Source: an uncultured Acidimicrobiia bacterium (GTDB taxonomy: Bacteria; Actinomycetota; Acidimicrobiia; Acidimicrobiales; Ilumatobacteraceae). Taken from it: DNA of 64,000 bases. The translations under genes were made by a program, and so were the position numbers. Every line of letters begins with the position of its first letter. Position 1 is the first letter of the stretch. The stretch covers positions 232,636-296,635 of the forward strand of contig CAVZFS010000026.1 in assembly GCA_963774635.1 (NCBI GenBank), written 5' to 3'. The notes under the pieces were generated by a model that searched no databases, was not told where the DNA came from, and saw only the letters and a list, made by a program, of their open reading frames with translations. This document shows positions 1 to 9,612 of this stretch, in pieces.

Positions 1-190
1 GACGGTCGGTGTGATCGAACCGGGACCTGCCGACGCGGCGACCACGGTCGTGCACCTCGGCGGCGACGCCGACTGGCTCGCTCGCTACCTCGCCAGTCTC
101 CCGTTCCGGTTCGAGGTGCTCGATTCAGACGATGTGCGCCGGGAGCTCGCCGTACTGGCTGAGCAACTCACCACCGCCGCAGCCCAGTGA
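1..190 (+). CDS. 3' end of a gene cut by the window edge; C-terminal domain resembling effector/WCX-type domains of MerR- or WYL-type regulators
   Basis: Frame 2 is open from position 2 to TGA 188-190: TVGVIEPGPADAATTVVHLGGDADWLARYLASLPFRFEVLDSDDVRRELAVLAEQLTTAAAQ. Third positions are G/C-rich. The family guess rests only on my memory of similar C-termini. Confidence 0.4.
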   Translation, partial: TVGVIEPGPADAATTVVHLGGDADWLARYLASLPFRFEVLDSDDVRRELAVLAEQLTTAAAQ

Positions 191-211
191 GCTGAACGCG
201 ATCCAACGGTT

Positions 212-255
212 CTGTCCGTAGGAATCGATCGGATCCAGACGATTTCTACGGACAG
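212..255 (+). promoter_or_regulatory. 44-nt leader element CTGTCCGTA-N26-TACGGACAG, 22 nt upstream of the flavin reductase start; second copy at 34917-34960
   Basis: Arms 212-220 and 247-255 are perfect reverse complements. The same arms, the same 26-nt spacing and a related spacer (GGRATCGATCG...) occur upstream of the Mo-oxidoreductase gene. Both copies have the same orientation relative to the downstream gene. Confidence 0.6.
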
Positions 256-277
256 GTCGTGTTCCTAGGCTCAGGGC

Positions 278-787
278 ATGGCCGACCGACCGCCCGACGA
301 GCTGCTGAACCGCGTGACGTGGAAGATCCCGAACGCCCTCGTGATCATCGGGTCGCGAGCCGGCGACGAGTGGAACGGGATGACGGCGAGCTGGGTCACC
401 CAAGTCTCGATGGCGCCCGTGCTGATCGGCGTCGGGATCGACAACACGGCAGTGACCCACCGCCTCGTCACCGCCGGCGCGTCGTTCACCGTCAACCTGT
501 GGTCGGCGGAGGAGACGAAGGTGTTCGTCAAGTTCTCCAAGCCGGCTGCCTTCGACCCGGAAGCGCTGACGCTGAACGGGCGCAACGTGCGTGCCGGCAC
601 GACTGGGGCGCCGGTGTTCGTCGAGGCGGTCGCCTACCTGGACTGTGCGGTCCGGTCCAGCCACGACTTCGGGACGCACACGTTCTTCGTCGGCGAGGTC
701 GTCGACGCCGGCATCAATGATGACGACGCGCGGGCCGCCGCGATGAGCGACACGCGCATGAAGTACGGCGGCGTCCAGCGGCACTGA
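278..787 (+). CDS. flavin reductase-like FMN-binding domain protein
   Basis: 169-aa ORF with ATG at 278. NALVIIGSRAGDEWNGMTASWVTQVSMAPVLIGVGI and FVEAVAYLDCAV...HTFFVGEVV match the split-barrel flavin reductase family. Confidence 0.85.
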   Translation: MADRPPDELLNRVTWKIPNALVIIGSRAGDEWNGMTASWVTQVSMAPVLIGVGIDNTAVTHRLVTAGASFTVNLWSAEETKVFVKFSKPAAFDPEALTLNGRNVRAGTTGAPVFVEAVAYLDCAVRSSHDFGTHTFFVGEVVDAGINDDDARAAAMSDTRMKYGGVQRH

Positions 788-818
788 CCTCTCCGATTCG
801 ATCAGTACGGTCCACGCC

Positions 819-2365
819 GTGTCGGACGATTCGCCACTCGAGCTCGGGGCCACCGGAGTCGCTGCTGCGGACGTGGTGTCCGTCGCTCGGCAGGACCGCC
901 GGGTGACGATCGGCGCAGATGCCCGCGAGGCCCTCGATCGTGGCGCCGCAGTCGTCGATCGACTCGTCCACTCGCCCGAGCCGGTGTACGGCGTCTCGAC
1001 CGGGTTCGGCGCACTGGCCAACACCGTGATCCCTCCGGAGCGGTCCGATGAGCTGCAGCTGGCGCTGATCCGCTCACACGCGGCCGGACTCGGTGCGGAG
1101 GTGGAGCGCGAGGCGGTGCGGGCGATGATGCTGCTGCGCGCCCGCAGCCTGTCGATGGGGTACTCCGGGGCACGCGCCGCCGTCGTCGAATCCATGGTGG
1201 CGTTGCTCAACGCCGGCATCACGCCAGTCGTGCCCGAGCACGGCTCGCTCGGCGCCAGTGGCGACCTGGCTCCGCTCGCCTCGGCGGCCCTCGTACTCCT
1301 CGGTGAGGGAGCGGCTCGCCGGCGCGACGGAACACTGATCGACGGCGAGACGGCGTGCCGCGAGGCAGGAGTCGCTCCGCTGGTCCTCAGGGCCAAGGAG
1401 GGCCTCGCGCTCATCAACGGCACGGACGGGATGCTGGGCATGGTCGTGCTGGCGCTCGCCGACCTCGACCTCCTGCTGGTGACCGCCGACATCGCCGGCG
1501 CGATGTCGACCGAAGCGCTCCTCGGCACCGACCGCGTGTTCGCCGAGGACCTGCTGGCAATGCGCCCACAGGTCGGCCAGCAGGTGAGCGCGGCGAACCT
1601 GCGAACCTGCTCACCGGTTCGGCCATCGTCGCCAGCCATCGCTATGGCGACGACCGCGTGCAGGACGCCTACTCGCTGCGCTGCACACCGCAGGTCCACG
1701 GGGCGGCGCGCGACACCGTCGAGTACGCCACTGCCATCGCCGCTCGCGAGCTGCGATCGTTCATCGACAACCCCGTCGTCCTGCCCGACGGGAGGGTCGA
1801 GTCGTGCGGCAACTTCCACGGCGCCCCGGTGGCCGCGGTCGCCGACTTCCTCGCCATCTCGATCGCCGATGTCGGCGCGATCAGCGAGCGGCGGACCGAC
1901 CGGTTGCTCGATCGCAGCCGAAGTCACGGCCTGCCCCCCTTCCTCAGCCCGGACGCCGGCGTGAACTCCGGGCTGATGATCGCCCACTACACCCAGGCCG
2001 CGATGGTGGCCGAGAATCGGCGCCTCGCCGTTCCGGCGAGCACGGACACGCTGCCGACCAGTGCGATGCAGGAGGATCACGTCTCGCTCGGCTGGTCAGC
2101 GGCGCGCAAGCTGCGAACGGCCGTGGCCAACCTGGCCCGCATCCTCGCCGTCGAGCTGACGGCGGCGTCGTGGGGGCTCGCGCTGCGGGCGCCGCTCGAG
2201 CCGGCGAGCGCCACGGCAGCGGTCGCCGACGCGGTGCGCGCCGTCGCCGGCGGCCCCGGCCCGGACGTGTGGCTCTCCCCCCGCCTGGTCGAGGTCGAAC
2301 GCCTCGTGCGCAGCGGGACGGTGAGGGCGGCGGCCGACGCCGCGCTCACAGCCCACCTGCAGTGA
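819..2365 (+). pseudogene. hutH: histidine ammonia-lyase, frame broken by an 8-bp tandem duplication
   Basis: ORFs 819..1964 and 1355..2365 together give a full-length HAL, with GSLGASGDLAPLA (the MIO-forming ASG), NFHGAP and QEDHVS. GCGAACCT occurs twice in tandem (1593-1600 and 1601-1608). Removing one copy reads QVSAANLLTGSAIVASHRYGDDRVQDAYSLRC in a single frame. Confidence 0.9.
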
Positions 2366-2404
2366 GCGCGCCGCGGGTTCCCACCGCTGTGCCACATTGG
2401 TGCC

Positions 2405-4069
2405 GTGGGCGCCGGTCCTCGTCCTGTTCGTGCTCCTCGTGGCTCGCAGTTGTCCTGTCGCGGCTGGCCTCAGGAGGCGGCGTACAGGATGCTGCAGAAC
2501 AACCTCGACCCGGAGGTGGCCGAACGCCCGGACGACCTGGTCGTGTACGGCGGAACCGGTCGCGCCGCCAGGTCCTGGGATGCCTTCGATGCGATGCTCG
2601 CCACGCTGCGCACGCTCGGCGACGACGAGACGATGCTCGTGCAGTCGGGCAAGCCCGTCGGCGTCTTCCGCACGCACGAGTGGGCGCCACGGGTGCTCCT
2701 CGCCAACTCGAACCTCGTCCCGGACTGGGCGACGTGGGACGAGTTCCGCCGTCTCGAGGCGGCAGGGCTGACGATGTACGGGCAGATGACGGCCGGCTCG
2801 TGGATCTACATCGGGACGCAGGGGATCCTGCAGGGCACATACGAGTGCTTCGCCGAGATCGCCCGCCGCCGCTTCGGCGGAACACTGGCCGGGACGATCA
2901 CCCTGACCGCGGGGCTCGGCGGCATGGGCGGGGCGCAGCCGCTGGCGATCACGATGAACGACGGCGTGGCGCTCGTCGTCGAGGTCGACCCGGCGCGAGC
3001 CCAGCGACGCATCGACACCCGCTACCTGGATGTGCTCGCCCCCGACGTGGACGCCGCAGTCGCCGAGGCCGTCAAGGCGCGTGACGAGCGGCGGGCGCTC
3101 TCGGTCGGTGTCGTCGGCAATGCCGCCGAGGTGCTCCCCCGCCTGCTGGATGCGGACTTCCCGGCCGACATCGTCACCGACCAGACGAGCGCCCACGATC
3201 CGCTGTCGTACGTGCCCGTGGACGTCACGCCGGAGGCGGCGGCAGAGATGGCTCGCACCGACGCGGCGACGTTCATCCGGCGCGCCCGCGAATCAATGGC
3301 CGTGCACTGCGCGGCGATGGTGGGCTTCCTCGACCGCGGCGCCGAGGTCTTCGACTACGGCAACAGTCTGCGCGTGGAGGCCGAGCTCGGTGGCTTCGAC
3401 CGCGCCTTCGCCTACCAGGGCTTCCTGCCTGCGTACATCCGCCCGCTGTTCTGCGAGGGCAAGGGGCCGTTCCGGTGGGTCGCGCTGTCCGGCGACCCGG
3501 CCGACATCGAGGCCACCGACCGGGCGGTCCTCGCCGAGTTCCCGCACGACGAGAGCCTGGCCCGCTGGATCCGCCTGGCCGGAGAGCGCGTCGCGTTCCA
3601 GGGTCTGCCGGCGCGCATCTGCTGGCTCGGCTACGGCGAGCGCCATCGCCTCGGGCTGCGCTTCAACGACATGGTCCGCACCGGGCAGCTCTCGGCTCCG
3701 ATCGTGATCGGCCGCGACCACCTCGACTCCGGTTCGGTGGCCTCGCCGTACCGGGAGACAGAGGCCATGGCCGACGGCTCCGACGCCATCGCCGACTGGC
3801 CACTGCTGAACGCTCTCGCCAACACGGCTTCCGGCGCGACGTGGGTGTCGATCCACCACGGCGGCGGCGTGGGCATCGGTCGCTCGATCCACGCCGGGAT
3901 GGTGGCCGTCGCCGACGGCTCCGACCTCGCTGCGCAGAAGCTCGAGCGGGTCCTCACCACCGACCCCGGCACCGGCGTCATCCGCCACGCCGACGCCGGC
4001 TACGACCTCGCCCTGGAGGTCGCCACCGAGCGCGGCGTCCGCCTCCCGATGACCGAAAACCGGTTTTGA
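2405..4069 (+). CDS. hutU: urocanate hydratase
   Basis: 554-aa ORF with a GTG start. RAPRG...[36 protein letters not shown] and [14 protein letters not shown] are diagnostic of urocanase. Confidence 0.95.
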   Translation: MGAGPRPVRAPRGSQLSCRGWPQEAAYRMLQNNLDPEVAERPDDLVVYGGTGRAARSWDAFDAMLATLRTLGDDETMLVQSGKPVGVFRTHEWAPRVLLANSNLVPDWATWDEFRRLEAAGLTMYGQMTAGSWIYIGTQGILQGTYECFAEIARRRFGGTLAGTITLTAGLGGMGGAQPLAITMNDGVALVVEVDPARAQRRIDTRYLDVLAPDVDAAVAEAVKARDERRALSVGVVGNAAEVLPRLLDADFPADIVTDQTSAHDPLSYVPVDVTPEAAAEMARTDAATFIRRARESMAVHCAAMVGFLDRGAEVFDYGNSLRVEAELGGFDRAFAYQGFLPAYIRPLFCEGKGPFRWVALSGDPADIEATDRAVLAEFPHDESLARWIRLAGERVAFQGLPARICWLGYGERHRLGLRFNDMVRTGQLSAPIVIGRDHLDSGSVASPYRETEAMADGSDAIADWPLLNALANTASGATWVSIHHGGGVGIGRSIHAGMVAVADGSDLAAQKLERVLTTDPGTGVIRHADAGYDLALEVATERGVRLPMTENRF

Positions 4070-4127
4070 ATCCCGGTCAATATCGAAAACGAGGGTGAAT
4101 CTTCCAGAGAACGGCAGACTGCCGCCG

Positions 4128-4919
4128 ATGCGGATCGAGGGTGACTTCCAGCGCGACGGCGCGGTCTGTGTGCGGGGCGCCGTCTCGCCGGAGCAGCTCG
4201 AGCTCGCCGCCGAGGCGATCGAGGCCAACCTGGCCGACCTCTCGCCGCTGGCCAAGCGGGCGAGCGCCGACAGCGACGGTGCCTTCGTCGAGGACTTCTG
4301 CAACTGGTCGCGCCTGCCGGCGATCGAGACGTTCATCCGCGAGTCGGGCGTCGCCGCCATCGCCGCCGAGCTGATGGGATCGACGACGGTCCGCCTCTAC
4401 CACGACCATGTCCTGGTCAAGGAACCGGGCACCCGTCAGCGCACGCCCTGGCACCAGGACCAGCCGTACTACAACGTCGAAGGACGTCAGAACGCGAGCA
4501 TGTGGCTGCCGGTCGATCCGGTGTCCCGCGCCTCGACCCTGGAGCTCGTCGCCGGTTCCCATCGCGGCGAGTGGTACATGCCCCGCACGTTCCTCGACGA
4601 TCAGGCCAAGTGGTTCCCCGAGGGCTCGCTGACCGAGCTGCCCGACATCGACGGCCGGCCCGACGATTTCACGATCCTCGGGTGGGAGCTCGAGCCAGGC
4701 GACGCCGTCTTCTTCCACATGCTGACGCTGCACGCCGCCGGCGGCGTGCCCGGCCGTGACCGCCGACGTGTCCTGTCGGTGCGCTTCCTCGGCGACGACG
4801 CGGTGCACGCACCACGCGGGTGGACGACGTCGCCGCCGTTCCCTGGACTCGTCGACGAGCTGCCGGCCGGCGCGCCGATGGACCACCCGCTGTTCCCCGT
4901 GCTCTGGACCCGGCCATGA
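4128..4919 (+). CDS. phytanoyl-CoA dioxygenase (PhyH) family Fe(II)/2-oxoglutarate oxygenase
   Basis: The track ORF is 4095..4919 and I prefer ATG 4128 as the start. TPWHQDQPYY and GDAVFFHMLTLHAAG...RRVLSVRF fit the PhyH-type fold. Confidence 0.8.
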   Translation: MRIEGDFQRDGAVCVRGAVSPEQLELAAEAIEANLADLSPLAKRASADSDGAFVEDFCNWSRLPAIETFIRESGVAAIAAELMGSTTVRLYHDHVLVKEPGTRQRTPWHQDQPYYNVEGRQNASMWLPVDPVSRASTLELVAGSHRGEWYMPRTFLDDQAKWFPEGSLTELPDIDGRPDDFTILGWELEPGDAVFFHMLTLHAAGGVPGRDRRRVLSVRFLGDDAVHAPRGWTTSPPFPGLVDELPAGAPMDHPLFPVLWTRP

Positions 4920-4921
4920 CG

Positions 4922-4986
4922 CATTGCGTTCCCCGGCCACGCAGGCCGCAGCTGGCCGCTCGCTCGCGTGCGCTCGCTCGCTCGCA
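4922..4986 (+). repeat. 65-nt interspersed intergenic repeat, family B, copy 1 (phyH-def spacer)
   Basis: CATTGCGTTCCCCGGCCACGCAGGCCG...CCGCTCGCTCGC..GCGCTCGCTCGCTCGCA matches the reverse complement of 11731-11795 at 58 of 65 positions. It contains a CCGGCC-ACGCA-GGCCGG hairpin and a (GCTC)n tract. Confidence 0.8.
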
Positions 4987-5004
4987 CCGTGCGAAGGGTT
5001 CACC

Positions 5005-5579
5005 GTGAGCGTTCGCGAGATCGCCACCGTCGGCCACCCGATCCTGCGCCAGCGGGCTCGCGACATCACCGCCGAGAGCTGGCCTCCGCCGAGATCCAGA
5101 CGCTCATCGACGACCTCATCGACACGATGCACGACGCCAACGGCGCCGGCATCGCCGCCAACCAGGTTCACGAGCCCGTCCGCGTCGCCGTGATCGAGGT
5201 CGACCACAACCCGCGCTACCCGTACAAGCCGCCGATCCCCCTGACCGTCGTCGTCAACCCAGTGCTCGAGCCGCTCGACGACGAGCTGGTCGAGATCAAC
5301 GAGGGGTGCCTGTCCGTGCCGAACCTGCGCGGCAACGTGTTCCGCCACGTCAACGTGCGCGTCCGCTACCTCGACCGTCACGGCATCGCCCACGACGAGG
5401 TCAAGCGCGGCCTCACCGCCGGCACGTTCCAGCACGAGTGCGACCACCTCGACGGGCGCCTGTTCCTCGACCGGGTCGCTGACACGACGACGCTGACGAC
5501 ATGGGAGCAGTTCGAGCGCTTCCACCGTGACGCCTTCGTGGCGCGCATCACCGAGTTCGTCGAGCGAGTGGGTTCCTGA
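5005..5579 (+). pseudogene. def: peptide deformylase, 1-nt frameshift near codon 24 as sequenced
   Basis: From GTG 5005, frame 1 reads VSVREIATVGHPILRQRARDITAE. The rest of the protein is in frame 0 (ELASAEIQTLIDDLIDTMHDANGAGIAANQVHEP...EGCLSVPN...QHECDHLDG). GAGAG at 5074-5078 where GAGGAG is expected explains the -1 shift. Confidence 0.85.
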
Positions 5580-5582
5580 CAG

Positions 5583-5648
5583 ATGCGGCCGGCGAAGGCG
5601 CTGGAGCGCCCGCCGTGCCGAATCGGGCGTTCACGTCTGAACGACGCG
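5583..5648 (+). repeat. ~66-nt interspersed repeat, family A (MIRU-like), single copy between convergent def and PPOX genes
   Basis: ATGCGGCCGGCGAAGGCGCTGGAGCGCCCGCCGTGCCGAAtCGGGcgTtCAcGTCTGAACGACGCG has the same core as 28080-28148 and the five tandem units at 36593-36925. The core folds as GGCG-AA-GGCGCT/AGCGCC-CGCC. Confidence 0.85.
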
Positions 5649-5650
5649 GT

Positions 5651-6289
5651 TCACAGCTCACCGGCGGCGCCACCGGGCCGCCACAGGTTCTCCTGCACAT
5701 CCCGCTCCCGGGCCGCCGCGATCACCTCGACGTCGACGTCGAGGCCGACGTGATCCTTGATCATGCACGCCGCCGACGGCAGTTCCTCGGCGGGAAGCCA
5801 CTGGTCGGACGACCACAGCTCGGCGCGCCGCAGCGCCTTGGCGCAGTGCACGTAGGCCTCAGCGACGGTGACGACGACCGTGACCTGTGCTGGCTTCCCG
5901 TCCACAGCGACGCGCCGGCCGAGCTCAGGGTCCGTGACGAGCTCGGCGGCGCCGTTCACGCGCAGCGTCTCGTCGAGACCGGGGATGAGGAACAGCAGCG
6001 CGACGTGATCGTTGGTCACGAGGTTCTGGAACGAGTCGAGGCGGTTGTTGCCCGAGAGGTCGGCCCATGCCAAGCGGTGCTCGTCGAGGACCTGCACGAA
6101 CCCGGGCGGGCCACCCTTCGGCGACCCGTCGCAGACGCCGTCGGCATCGGCGGTCGACAGCACGAAGAACGGTGACTTGGCGATGAAGTCGGCGCAGTGG
6201 GCGTCGAGGTGGTGGATGACCTTCTTGATCGGGTTGGCGCCCGGGGGCCGATAGTGCTCGCGGAGGTCGGCGACGGAGGCGAGTGGCAT
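5651..6289 (-). CDS. pyridoxamine 5'-phosphate oxidase family FMN-binding protein
   Basis: The track ORF is 5651..6358. I prefer the start at MPLASVADLREHY (6289). SPFFVLSTADADGVCDGSPKGGPPGFV and LLFLIPGLDETLRVNG fit the PPOX split-barrel family. Confidence 0.8.
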   Translation of the reverse strand: MPLASVADLREHYRPPGANPIKKVIHHLDAHCADFIAKSPFFVLSTADADGVCDGSPKGGPPGFVQVLDEHRLAWADLSGNNRLDSFQNLVTNDHVALLFLIPGLDETLRVNGAAELVTDPELGRRVAVDGKPAQVTVVVTVAEAYVHCAKALRRAELWSSDQWLPAEELPSAACMIKDHVGLDVDVEVIAAARERDVQENLWRPGGAAGEL

Positions 6290-6334
6290 CGCCCCAGTGT
6301 CGCAGGAGGGCTGCCGTCCGTACGCTGCGGATTC

Positions 6335-7132
6335 GTGGAGCACCGCCGTCTCGCCCACATCGACGTCCCGGTCGTCGGCATGGGCACCTCGCAGACGTTC
6401 GACGTGTCAACGGTCGATGCCCGGCGCCAGCAGGTCACCGACGCTGCGCTCGACCACGGCGCCAACTTCGTCGACTCCTCGCCGATGTACGGGCACGCCG
6501 AGCGCATCCTCGGCGCCACGCTCGGGGCGCGGCGCGACGAGGTGATCGTCGCGACGAAGGTGTGGACCCCCGACGACTCGGAGGCCGAGCGGCAGATCGA
6601 CGCATCGCTCGGCTTCTTCGGTGGCCACGTCGAGGTCTTCCAGATCCACAACCTCGTGGCGTGGAGGAGCCGCTTGGAGCAACTCGAGCGACGGCGTGAC
6701 GAGGGAGTGGTCGACGTCGTGGCGGCGACTCACTGGCGGGCCGACTCCTTCGACGAGCTGGAGACGGTGATGCGGACGGGGCGGATCGGCGCGATCCAGG
6801 TCCCGTACAACCCGCACGAGCGCGAGGTCGAGCGGCGCATCTTCCCGCTGGCCCAAGAGCTCGGGCTGGGCGTCATCCTGATGCGGCCGTTCGCCGCCGG
6901 CGGGCTGGTCGGTCGTGCGCCGAGCGCCGCCGAGCTGGCGCCGCTGGCCGAGTTCGGCGTCACGACGTGGCCCCAGGCGCTGCTCAAGTACGGGCTCAGC
7001 CACCCCGCGACCTCGGTGTCGATCCCGGCGACGACGAAGCCCGAGCGGATGGTCGAGAACGCCGCCGCCGGTGACGGTCCGTGGTTCGGCGCGGATGAGA
7101 AGGGTCTCGTCGAACGGCTGGCGAGTGCCTAG
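6335..7132 (+). CDS. aldo/keto reductase
   Basis: The track ORF is 6197..7132. GTG 6335 gives [50 protein letters not shown] and [13 protein letters not shown] are AKR motifs. Confidence 0.85.
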   Translation: MEHRRLAHIDVPVVGMGTSQTFDVSTVDARRQQVTDAALDHGANFVDSSPMYGHAERILGATLGARRDEVIVATKVWTPDDSEAERQIDASLGFFGGHVEVFQIHNLVAWRSRLEQLERRRDEGVVDVVAATHWRADSFDELETVMRTGRIGAIQVPYNPHEREVERRIFPLAQELGLGVILMRPFAAGGLVGRAPSAAELAPLAEFGVTTWPQALLKYGLSHPATSVSIPATTKPERMVENAAAGDGPWFGADEKGLVERLASA

Positions 7133-9599
7133 CTATCACTGCGAGTTGGCGTGGCTCGGCGACGACCAGGCCGTCGCCGATGTGCTGGTGACCATCGACG
7201 GCGACCGCATCGCCTCCGTGGATCCGGGCGGGAGTCCGCCAGCCGATGCGACCCGACTTCGCGGTCTGACGGTCCCGGGGTTCGCCAACAGTCACAGCCA
7301 TGCCTTCCATCGCGCTCTGCGCGGTCGGGCGCAGGCGGGTACCGGTTCGTTCTGGACGTGGCGTGAGCAGATGTACGAGGTGGCGGCCAGCCTCGACCCG
7401 GATCGCTACCGCGATTTGGCGCGGGCCGTCTTCGCCGAGATGGTGCAGGCCGGCATCAGCGCCGTCGGCGAGTTCCACTACCTCCACCACGGGCCCGGTG
7501 GCGTGCCGTACGACGACCACAACGCGATGGGAGCAGCGTTGATCGCCGCGGCCACGGAGGCGGGGCTGCGCATCACGCTGCTCGACACGTGCTACCTGCA
7601 GGGCGGCATCGACGTCGAGCTCGATGAGACTCAGCGCCGCTTCTCCGACGGCGACGCGCTGGCCTGGGCCACGCGAGCATCGGCGTTGCAGGACGCGCCG
7701 ACAGTTCGTATCGGCGCGGCCATCCACTCCGTGCGCGCCGTCGATCCAGCGGCGATCGAGGTGGTGGCGGCCTGGGCGGGCGAGCGCGGTGCCCCGTTGC
7801 ACGCTCACGTGTCGGAGCAGCCGGCCGAGAACGAGCAGAGCGTCGCGGCGTTCGGCCGCACGCCGATCCAGCTCCTCGCAGAGCGAGGTGCACTCAGCGA
7901 ACGGTTCACGGCCGTCCACGCCACGCACGTCACCGAGGACGACCTCGACGCACTCGGCGGCGCCGACAGCTGGTGCTGCCTGTGCCCGACCACGGAGCGC
8001 GATCTCGCCGACGGCATCGGTCCTGCGCGGGCGATGCGCGACGCGGGGGCGCACCTGACGCTCGGCAGCGACTCCCATGCGGTGATCGATCTGCTCGAGG
8101 AAGCACGGGCGGTCGAGCTCGACGAACGGCTCGCCTCCGGCGTGCGTGGGAGCCACGATGCGCCGTCGCTGCTACGGGCCGCGACGACGCACGGCCACGA
8201 AAGCCTGGGATGGCGTGACGCAGGACGGATCGAACCGGGCGCTTTGGCCGACTTGACGACGATCGCCCTCGACACCGTGCGCACTGCGGGCGGCGGTCCG
8301 GAGCACAGCATCGAGATGGCGGTGTTCGCGGCAACGGCAGCCGATGTCCACCACGTCGTCATCGGCGGTCGCGTCGTCGTGTCCGACGGGCACCACGTGT
8401 CTATCGACGTGGCAGCCGAGCTGGCCGACGCGCTGCCGATGAGCACCGTGGTCGACGGCATCGGGCTGCTCGTCACGAACACGGACGAGGGCGAGCTCGC
8501 CGACGCGTGGCTCGTCTTCGACAACGACCATGTCCTGGCTGTCGGCACGGGCGTCGCGCCGCACGCCGACGAGCGGATCGATGCGGCCGGGCGCTGTGTG
8601 ATCCCCGGGTTCGTCGACAGCCACACGCACCTCGTGTTCGCCGGCGATCGCAGTGCCGAGTTCGCGGCGCGGATGGCTGGGGCGCCGTATGCGGCGGGGG
8701 GCATCAACGTCACGATCGCCGCCACGCGTGAGGCGTCGGACGACGCCCTTGCGACGGGCGCCGCGGCCCGCTTGGCGGAGTGCCGCCGGGCGGGCGTCAC
8801 GACGGTCGAGATCAAGTCCGGGTATGGAGGGACCGTCGACGACGAGTCACGGCTGTTGCGCATCGGTCGCACGTTGACGGACGAGACCACCTTCCTCGGC
8901 GCGCACGTCGTGCCGCCGGAGTTCGAGGGTCGAGCCGACGACTACGTCGCGCTCGTCTGTGGCGAGATGCTGGCTGCAGCGGCACCGCATGCCCGCTGGA
9001 TCGATGCCTTCTGCGAGCACGGCGCGTTCGACGCCGACCAGTGCCGAGCCGTGCTCGAGGCAGGTCGAGCGGCCGGGCTCGGCATGCGCCTGCACGCCAA
9101 CCAGCTCGGGTTCGGACCCGGCGTGCAGCTCGCCGTCGAGCTCGGGTGCGCATCTGCCGACCACTGCACGTACCTCTCGGACGCGGACGTCGAGGCCCTG
9201 GCGAGCGGCACCACGGTGGCCACGTTCCTCCCGGCCACCGACTTCTCGACCCGCCAGCCATATCCCGACGCCCGGCAGGTCATCGACGCTGGAGCGACCG
9301 TGGCGCTGGCCACCAACTGCAACCCGGGGTCGAGCTACACGACTTCGATGTCGTTCGTCATCGCCCTCGCCGTGCGCGACCTGAGGATGACGGCAGCCGA
9401 GGCCGTCACGGCCGCCACGCTCGGCGGAGCGCGTGCCTTGCAGCGCGAGGATATCGGATGGCTCGGTCCCGGATCGCGAGCCGATCTCGTCGTGCTCGAC
9501 GCGCCGAACTACTCGTACCTCGTCTACCGCCCAGGCGTGCCGCTGATCTCCGAGTGTTTGGTCGGGGGATGCCCGTCGGCAGACACTCCGATCGGCTGA
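7125..9599 (+). CDS. hutF-hutI: formimidoylglutamate deiminase (HutF) and imidazolonepropionase (HutI) in one uninterrupted reading frame
   Basis: The N-terminal ~438 aa have [34 protein letters not shown] and [12 protein letters not shown] (HutF). From ATG 8439, [12 protein letters not shown]...[15 protein letters not shown]...ATNCNPGSS is HutI. There is no stop between them. I chose GTG 7125 by comparison with HutF N-termini; ATG 7095 and TTG 7146 are alternatives. Confidence 0.85.
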   Translation: MPSYHCELAWLGDDQAVADVLVTIDGDRIASVDPGGSPPADATRLRGLTVPGFANSHSHAFHRALRGRAQAGTGSFWTWREQMYEVAASLDPDRYRDLARAVFAEMVQAGISAVGEFHYLHHGPGGVPYDDHNAMGAALIAAATEAGLRITLLDTCYLQGGIDVELDETQRRFSDGDALAWATRASALQDAPTVRIGAAIHSVRAVDPAAIEVVAAWAGERGAPLHAHVSEQPAENEQSVAAFGRTPIQLLAERGALSERFTAVHATHVTEDDLDALGGADSWCCLCPTTERDLADGIGPARAMRDAGAHLTLGSDSHAVIDLLEEARAVELDERLASGVRGSHDAPSLLRAATTHGHESLGWRDAGRIEPGALADLTTIALDTVRTAGGGPEHSIEMAVFAATAADVHHVVIGGRVVVSDGHHVSIDVAAELADALPMSTVVDGIGLLVTNTDEGELADAWLVFDNDHVLAVGTGVAPHADERIDAAGRCVIPGFVDSHTHLVFAGDRSAEFAARMAGAPYAAGGINVTIAATREASDDALATGAAARLAECRRAGVTTVEIKSGYGGTVDDESRLLRIGRTLTDETTFLGAHVVPPEFEGRADDYVALVCGEMLAAAAPHARWIDAFCEHGAFDADQCRAVLEAGRAAGLGMRLHANQLGFGPGVQLAVELGCASADHCTYLSDADVEALASGTTVATFLPATDFSTRQPYPDARQVIDAGATVALATNCNPGSSYTTSMSFVIALAVRDLRMTAAEAVTAATLGGARALQREDIGWLGPGSRADLVVLDAPNYSYLVYRPGVPLISECLVGGCPSADTPIG

Positions 9600-9612
9600 A
9601 ACACTCGGATGG
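9548..9612 (+). repeat. ~65-nt repeat, family C, copy 1; hairpin-forming element spanning the hutI 3' end and the convergent hspR spacer
   Basis: CTCCGAGTGTTTGG...CACTCCGATCGGCTGAAACACTCGGATGG aligns with 31001-31071. CCGAGTGTTT and AAACACTCGG form a 10-bp stem. The last ~17 hutI codons ([17 protein letters not shown]) lie inside the element. Confidence 0.75.

Noticed and set aside
125-2080. Very long ORFs lie antisense or out of frame to the called genes (for example 125..2080 -, 4077..5525 -, 9721..11718 +, 17150..19690 -, 36581..39175 -, 49075..51762 -).
   Set aside because: Their translations are Arg/Pro/Ala/Gly-rich low-complexity strings with no recognisable domains. Each overlaps a gene with clear family motifs. 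Such shadow ORFs are expected in DNA this GC-rich because stop codons are rare.
4056-4067. A perfect 12-bp palindrome, AAAACCGGTTTT, lies at the end of hutU.
   Set aside because: It lies inside the last hutU codons (TENRF*), is short, and has no second copy or partner site in the window. There is not enough to call an operator or terminator.
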